Below are positions 9,769-15,499 of a DNA stretch of 15,499 bases, piece after piece. Position 1 is the stretch's first letter, and every line of letters starts with the position of its first letter. The position numbers and the translations under genes are program-made. The notes beneath the pieces are model-generated. The model had not been told where the DNA came from and did not search any database. It was given only the letters and a program-made list of their open reading frames with translations. This DNA is from Selaginella moellendorffii (taxonomy: Eukaryota; Plantae; Lycopodiophyta). The DNA lies in contig NW_003314396.1 in the NCBI RefSeq assembly GCF_000143415.4, forward strand, positions 1 through 15,499, in the 5' to 3' direction.

Positions 9769-11300
9769 CTAGCAGGGAACCCAGCTCCGCTGGGATAGTT
9801 AGATGTTAATTCTAAAAAAGAGAACAATTTATTAAAACTTGTTTAAGTTCAATATGTAACAAACACTTGGTTTATTTAGTTTTTACTTAGTGATTGCAAC
9901 CAAACACTATTTCTTAAATGTTTAACTGGAATAGAATAATACAAGCTTGGACTCAAAGCTTAAAAGAATTATTCAACACATGAAGAGGTGGCTCAATCAT
10001 ATTCCTCAATTTGGTATATTATTTGGGCATTCCAGAGGTAAGAGCAGTTAATGGGATGGTATGGTAAAGGGATTTTTGGTATAGAATTGCTGGTTTTGCA
10101 TCTGCAAGCAAGCGATGTGTATTGAAGTATAAATGACTGTATTTTCTGGTGGACTATGTGTTTGTTCATTATAACATGCTAAATTCTGATACAGGTGAAC
10201 ATGATTAAAGATTAACCTATATTATAAAAGTAATAATATTTTAAATGTAAAATGGATCTAGCACAATATTATGTAAATATTGATAGTATACTATTTTGTA
10301 TATGATTCATTATTTAATTTCANNNNNNNNNNNNNNNNNNNNNNNNNNNNNNNNNNNNNNNNNNNNNNNNNNNNNNNNNNNNNNNNNNNNNNNNNNNNNN
10401 NNNNNNNNNNNNNNNNNNNNNNTAAAATAAATATTTCATTATTTGTTTACTAATTGTTTTTAGGAAAACAATTGTATTATTAAGCTTATCATTTGTGAGT
10501 AAATTGTTACTATTACATTTTTCTCCCAATTCTTCTTCATTTTATACTATAGAAATTACATTCCTGATACTTATATTTCAGAGAATATAAAAATTAATAC
10601 AATCTATTTAGATATCGTATTAATATTCAAAAAATATATTATTATTTAATAAATGTTTCAAATAATATAAATATAGTATGTTTTTAAAACACAAATATAG
10701 CAACTATTTATTAAAACATTTATCAAAGAAATATTTACAACTATGATTTATATTAATTTTAAGATGAATATTGTAGAAAACTCTTGACTTGTAGACTGAG
10801 TATGATTTATAAAATTAATTGTACAAATAAAAATCCTCCAAAATGAATTGTTTTTTTTAAATTTCTTCAAGTATGTCCATATTTTTTATATTTATATCAT
10901 CAACAATTTCTCCAAATTTAAAATTAAAAATAGTCTATTATATAAGTGGTTATTTATATTTAAAAATAATAGCACTGTTTTATTTTCTTTCTTGCATCAA
11001 ATACTCTTTTATATGTTTTTTAACCTAAAAAATTTATACTCTAATTTATTTATTTTATAATATTCAAATTTACTTCTCAATACTTTTTTTATATATTTGT
11101 CATCTTGTAAAACCCATCTATAACACTTAAATTTTATCACCACTATCTACATCCTTTGGAGTTAAGAAATAATAATTATAAATAATATACCTTGTGCAAG
11201 AGTTTTGAGTGCACACCTCTAGAAATATCATTTGATATGTTTTATGAAAAAACATTTTATACATATATTTCAAGATGGTGAAAATATGTTGATATTTTAA
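9769..11300 (-). mobile_element. Second decayed Helitron-derived AT-rich block with 3' terminus at 9769
   Basis: The minus strand reads ATCCCAGCGGAGCTGGGTTCCCTGCTAG|T (hairpin plus CTAG plus T), a textbook terminus. Only the last ~30 bp are shared with the other termini. Internal segments 10480-10790 and 10980-11150 resemble 4640-4930 and 3480-3680. The extent is uncertain. Confidence 0.7.
10323..10422. other. Assembly gap (100 N, probably of unknown size)
   Basis: Run of N. Confidence 1.
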
Positions 11301-11309
11301 GTCGACTTA

Positions 11310-11792
11310 TACTTATGTATATTTTTAAATGTAAAACCAGACATATTATAGAAATTGTATTATTCTTTAGTAAACTCTGAAAGTTACAGGTGTCATTACA
11401 GTTCAATTAAAAACTATTTAGCTCAATCTGCAATAAAAATTATAATTTTCCCAAACTAACCTATTATTCTTTTTTAAGTATATATATTTCTTTGTTTTAG
11501 TGAAAACTAAATTTCTTTTCAAATATGGCAGAAATCTTTTAGATGTGTTTAGATTTGTTTAGCTTTTTATAAGGACAATAAAATTTCAAATTCAAATTTA
11601 ATGATTATTAAGAAATGATCTTATGTTCCCAAACACTTGCATTATATCTAATTGCATTATTTTACATTTCTTTGGAGATGAATAGTAGTAAAATTAAGAT
11701 AAATATAACATTGTATACAATCAAAATATCTAATATTTTAGAATTATTAAAGAAGATCTATTTATCTCTCATATGCTATATCTCCCAGCGGA
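11310..11792 (+). mobile_element. Helitron 3' region with decayed RPA70-like ORF (copy 2) and a broken terminal hairpin
   Basis: Aligns by eye with the reverse complement of ~847-1320. It encodes IIEIVLFFSKL*KLQVSLQF and FFVLVKTKFLFKYGRNLLDVFRFV. It ends TATCTCCCAGCGGA, and the right hairpin arm and CTRR are absent. Confidence 0.7.
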
Positions 11793-12479
11793 TATATCAG
11801 CATACTCTTTGATCTATAGAATAAAACCTTTATAGAATAAAGAGTATTTGATTGATTCAATAGTATATTAGTAAAATTAAACATATTTTTTTTGTACAAA
11901 GATCATATATAGCAGACACAATAGGAAATATACTATAAAATCTAAATGTAAATAATGTGGTGAATATAGAAAATGAGTTTTTTCATAACTTAAAATATAA
12001 GATTTCAATGGTTCCAGCTATTTTATCTTATGAATTAGCTTTAGTTTTCTCAATAATCTTATGATACTTATTATACACTCATAAATGAATATAATTGCAT
12101 TGAGTTTTTTGTTGGCTCAGATATAGTCTAAGATTTGTGTAATATCATAAAGTGATAATACTGTTTTTAAGACTAATAATTTATGAATTGATACATAAAT
12201 ATTTGATAAATAAATATAATGACATACAGGTAAAAATATGATTGAGCAACATTAGACACAATACAAAAGGCTACAATTTACAAAAATGTCATTCCAGGAA
12301 AAAAGGTATTACGCATCATCAATACCCTAATATCAGAGTAAAACCTTACTTTTCACTGAAAAATATTAGCCTCAATAACATTGTTATAATGCCATAAATT
12401 TAATAAAAATCAATGAAATGTAGAGATAATAATCTTAATTTATATTAACATTTTCTCTATATAAAAAGATATACAGAAA

Positions 12480-12991
12480 NNNNNNNNNNNNNNNNNNNNN
12501 NNNNNNNNNNNNNNNNNNNNNNNNNNNNNNNNNNNNNNNNNNNNNNNNNNNNNNNNNNNNNNNNNNNNNNNNNNNNNNNNNNNNNNNNNNNNNNNNNNNN
12601 NNNNNNNNNNNNNNNNNNNNNNNNNNNNNNNNNNNNNNNNNNNNNNNNNNNNNNNNNNNNNNNNNNNNNNNNNNNNNNNNNNNNNNNNNNNNNNNNNNNN
12701 NNNNNNNNNNNNNNNNNNNNNNNNNNNNNNNNNNNNNNNNNNNNNNNNNNNNNNNNNNNNNNNNNNNNNNNNNNNNNNNNNNNNNNNNNNNNNNNNNNNN
12801 NNNNNNNNNNNNNNNNNNNNNNNNNNNNNNNNNNNNNNNNNNNNNNNNNNNNNNNNNNNNNNNNNNNNNNNNNNNNNNNNNNNNNNNNNNNNNNNNNNNN
12901 NNNNNNNNNNNNNNNNNNNNNNNNNNNNNNNNNNNNNNNNNNNNNNNNNNNNNNNNNNNNNNNNNNNNNNNNNNNNNNNNNNNNNNNNNNN
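12480..12991. other. Assembly gap (N run)
   Basis: Run of N. Confidence 1.
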
Positions 12992-13050
12992 ATTATATCT
13001 TCCTTCGGTGGGAGCTTCGCTTTCTTCAACTTCTTTGATTCCTCTTACAA

Positions 13051-13991
13051 GTGGTTATGGAGCTGGGAGGCAATGCTCCATGCATGGTGGAAGATCTTGT
13101 TCCAGACTTGGAAGGTACAATTGCTAGGTTGGTCCACAAAGGATTCTATCAAAGCGGCCAGTCGTGCATTCACATGCAGTGTCTTTACGTGAAAGGTGAG
13201 GTATCCAACACTCATCTTTAAATTTTATTGTATTCTTTGTTCTCAAATCGAGCTTTGATCTAACGTATTTGGTGCTGGTTGTGTACATTGATTGCTGCCG
13301 TTAAGAAACTCAAAGGTGGAGATCCTCGCCAAGACGACATGTCAATCTGGCCCAAGTCATCGGCAGCTACAGTGGAGAAGAGTGTAAACGAGACAGTGAA
13401 GGCAGGCACCAAACTTTTAGTTGGTGGTAAGCAAAAGGGAGCTTTCATGGAGCCAATGATCCTGGAAGACGCTCCCTTTGACACAGATGCAAAGAAGGAA
13501 GAGATTTTCAGTCCAGTGATCCTTCTCTACTCATACAAGTAAGCTCTCAAAGTTTCTTAGCCCCTGAAGTTCTTCTTTACTTCCTTTTTTTTCTCTAAAC
13601 TAAAACGGTGGTGACGCAGTGATTTCAAGGAAGCCGTGAAAAAAGCTAACAACATGCATTACGGTCTCCAGGCCAGCGTCTTTATGCATGATCTAAACAA
13701 GGCCTTCTATGCGTTTGAGCACATAGAGGTAGCTTTGCGTTTGAGATATAGAAAGTATTGATCGATTGTTTGATGATTATTTGATCCTCACAGGCTGGAG
13801 GAGTTTGCCTCAACGATTTGCCAAGCATGCGTGTTGATAGCCAGCCATACGGTGGGATCAAAGACTCTGGAATCCAACGAGAGGGTGTCAAGTACGTGAT
13901 GGACGACATGCTTGAAACCAAAGTTTTAGTCATGTGCAATGTAGGCAACGTTGCCATGGCTCTTCCATGCCATGGCCTTGAAATAGGATGA
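13051..13991 (+). pseudogene. ALDH21A1: ALDH21-family aldehyde dehydrogenase (succinic semialdehyde dehydrogenase-type), 3' exons, probable pseudogene
   Basis: Exons: 13051-13200 VVMELGGNAPC..GFYQSGQSCIHMQCLYV (catalytic Glu and Cys motifs), ~13288-13538 LIAAVKKLKGGDP..EEIFSPVILLYSY, 13620-13728 DFKEAVKKANN.HYGLQ, 13794-13991 GGVCLND.PSMRVDSQPYGGIKDSGIQREGVKY. There is no AG acceptor before the second exon, a short deletion near 'SIWPKS', and conserved Gly residues are lost (EEIFGP>EEIFSP, LQAG>LQAS). The 5' half is absent or hidden in the gap. Confidence 0.85.
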
Positions 13992-14699
13992 GATCGCTTT
14001 CGTGAACGTGTGGCAGTACTTGGAGTCTGCAACCATGGCTTGAATCTCACTGCAGATCGCTTCAGCAGCATGTGTTTGCAAGGGCCAGGAAGCTGAAGGA
14101 TTCCAAGGGGATGCTGGGCAAGAGGAGTGAGAGAGTCTGCTGGGAGCTTTTTTCATATATAATGCTTGCAAAAGGTGGCAGTTAAGTTTTTGAAGTGTTT
14201 TGTAAAATTGGGAGAATGTTTTGATATATTTGAGTGCTCTCATTTTTCAAAACATCTATTTCCGATTTACCTGAAAATCAAAGGCCTACATATGAATGAA
14301 TGAGTGTTTTGGAAGTTAGCTGTATAGTTCTCTTGTGCTATTTGACACATTTCTTGTCGCCATTTCCAATGGGGCATGCAAATGCAGGAGGTAAGCTGTA
14401 GGTGTGTGTCTGACCTCATCTCCAGATAATGTAAATGCCAGAGAATATTTTATTTGGTGTGTCTGCTCTTGGATCCAATGCTTGTGAAGGCGCTTGCGTT
14501 TTTCTTGCTCATCTGTCTCACACTCACTGAATAATCATCCTCTGCCCCCTTAAGAACGCCTTAGCAGTTGATCCACACAACAAAACAAAAACGGCACTAC
14601 AGTGTACCTGTCAGGTAAAACAAGGGTGAGTCAGCTTTCATCCATCAGTTAAGCTCTTAGTGATTGAGCTGAGCTCTTGTTATCTCAATTTTGCAACAG

Positions 14700-14984
14700 C
14701 ATAGTGAAAAAGGGAAAGGGAAAGTATAGTTGTCTGTCTGCTGTGTGTTTTTATTGCCTATCTCCTTTTCTTTGTTTTGCAGTTTCTCTTTCCCTTGTTG
14801 GTGGTCACCTGATTGGATCAAAGAGATCATTTTCGTGGAGTTGTTTGGCGTGCTTGCTATTGGCTGCATGTGTGCTACAGCTGGCTGGTATATGAGAGCT
14901 TCTGCTATAACGTATTGAGCTTACTTTCCACTCATTACAGAGCTTGTCCCAGGCGGGGCTTCAGGTCTACATTCAGATCAACAA
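14700..14984 (+). other. Unidentified small exons with short GT-AG introns (gene fragment)
   Basis: Acceptor and donor patterns: GCAACAG|CATAG..AAA|GTATAG, TTTTGCAG|TTTCTC..GCTG|GTATAT, CATTACAG|AGCTTG..CAA|GTACC. The middle exon gives hydrophobic peptides in two frames. No family recognised. Confidence 0.3.
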
Positions 14985-15223
14985 GTACCTAATGGCAGTG
15001 TTGAGAGCTTGTGGTTTTCACCTCCAGCTGCTTAAATTGAGCGAACCCGAACATTTGTGATTTGTTTGTTAAAAAAAGGTACTGTGGTGGAGTCCTCCTG
15101 ATCGTCCGCTTAGCCCTAGCCATCTCTACCTAGAACAACAAAGCAACGAACTTAAATAGTTCTCATAAGTTGCTAAATTAAGCCCACCTTTTATCATATT
15201 TACTCTTCAATGTTCTTGTACCG

Positions 15224-15499
15224 CATCAAAGGTGTCATTATAAACCCTAGATGAACAGCATTGGCTGTGATGTCAACTAATCAGCGAAAGAGAAAGCATT
15301 GATGAAAGAGAAAGGTGGGAGAGATTTCAAAGCATTAGACGAATACCTTGAATCTCATTGCCATCAAAGGTGTCATTATAAACCCTGGATGAACAACGTT
15401 GGCTGTGATGTCAACTCTTTGCGCCTAATCAGCGAAAGAGAAAGCATTGGCAAAAGAGAAAGGTGGGAGAGATTTCCAGCATTAGACGAATACCTTGAA
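15224..15499. repeat. Tandem repeat, two copies (starts 15224 and 15362), truncated by the window end
   Basis: CATCAAAGGTGTCATTATAAACCCT...AGCATTAGACGAATACCTTGAA occurs twice. Copy 2 has 10 extra bases (CTTTGCGCCT) and one fewer base near TTTCCAGC. Confidence 0.95.

Noticed and set aside
9980-10050. LFGHSRG, resembling a GxSxG hydrolase motif
   Set aside because: It lies in a 23-codon frame with no supporting context and is likely chance.
10320-13029. ORFs 10320-10529 and 12457-13029
   Set aside because: Artefacts of reading through N gaps.
13260-14243. Minus-strand ORFs 13260-13484, 13682-14071 and 13926-14243
   Set aside because: Mostly antisense shadows of the ALDH exons, with no recognisable product.

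Overview
Eukaryotic (land-plant) draft-assembly DNA with three N gaps and no intact gene. Very short introns, an ALDH21-type aldehyde dehydrogenase and PLS-type PPR remnants point to a lycophyte or bryophyte such as Selaginella; this is inference. Two very AT-rich blocks (~830-5350 and ~9770-12480) are bounded by four related Helitron-type 3' termini (CCCAGCGGAGCTGGG hairpin plus CTRR) at 829(-), 7581(+), 9769(-) and a damaged one at ~11790(+). Next to two of these termini lies a decayed RPA70-like OB-fold reading frame, and the blocks share further decayed paralogous segments. Between them are intron-containing gene relics: an MRL1-like P-class PPR gene abutting a PLS-PPR scrap (-), a class III peroxidase (+) and the 3' half of an ALDH21-like gene (+). 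The ALDH21 and peroxidase relics show apparent CpG-type decay. Also present are a Tourist-like MITE, a modular hairpin-core repeat array at the left edge, microsatellites, unidentified spliced fragments and a ~140-bp tandem repeat at the right edge. All protein assignments come from manual translation and remembered family motifs, not database searches.
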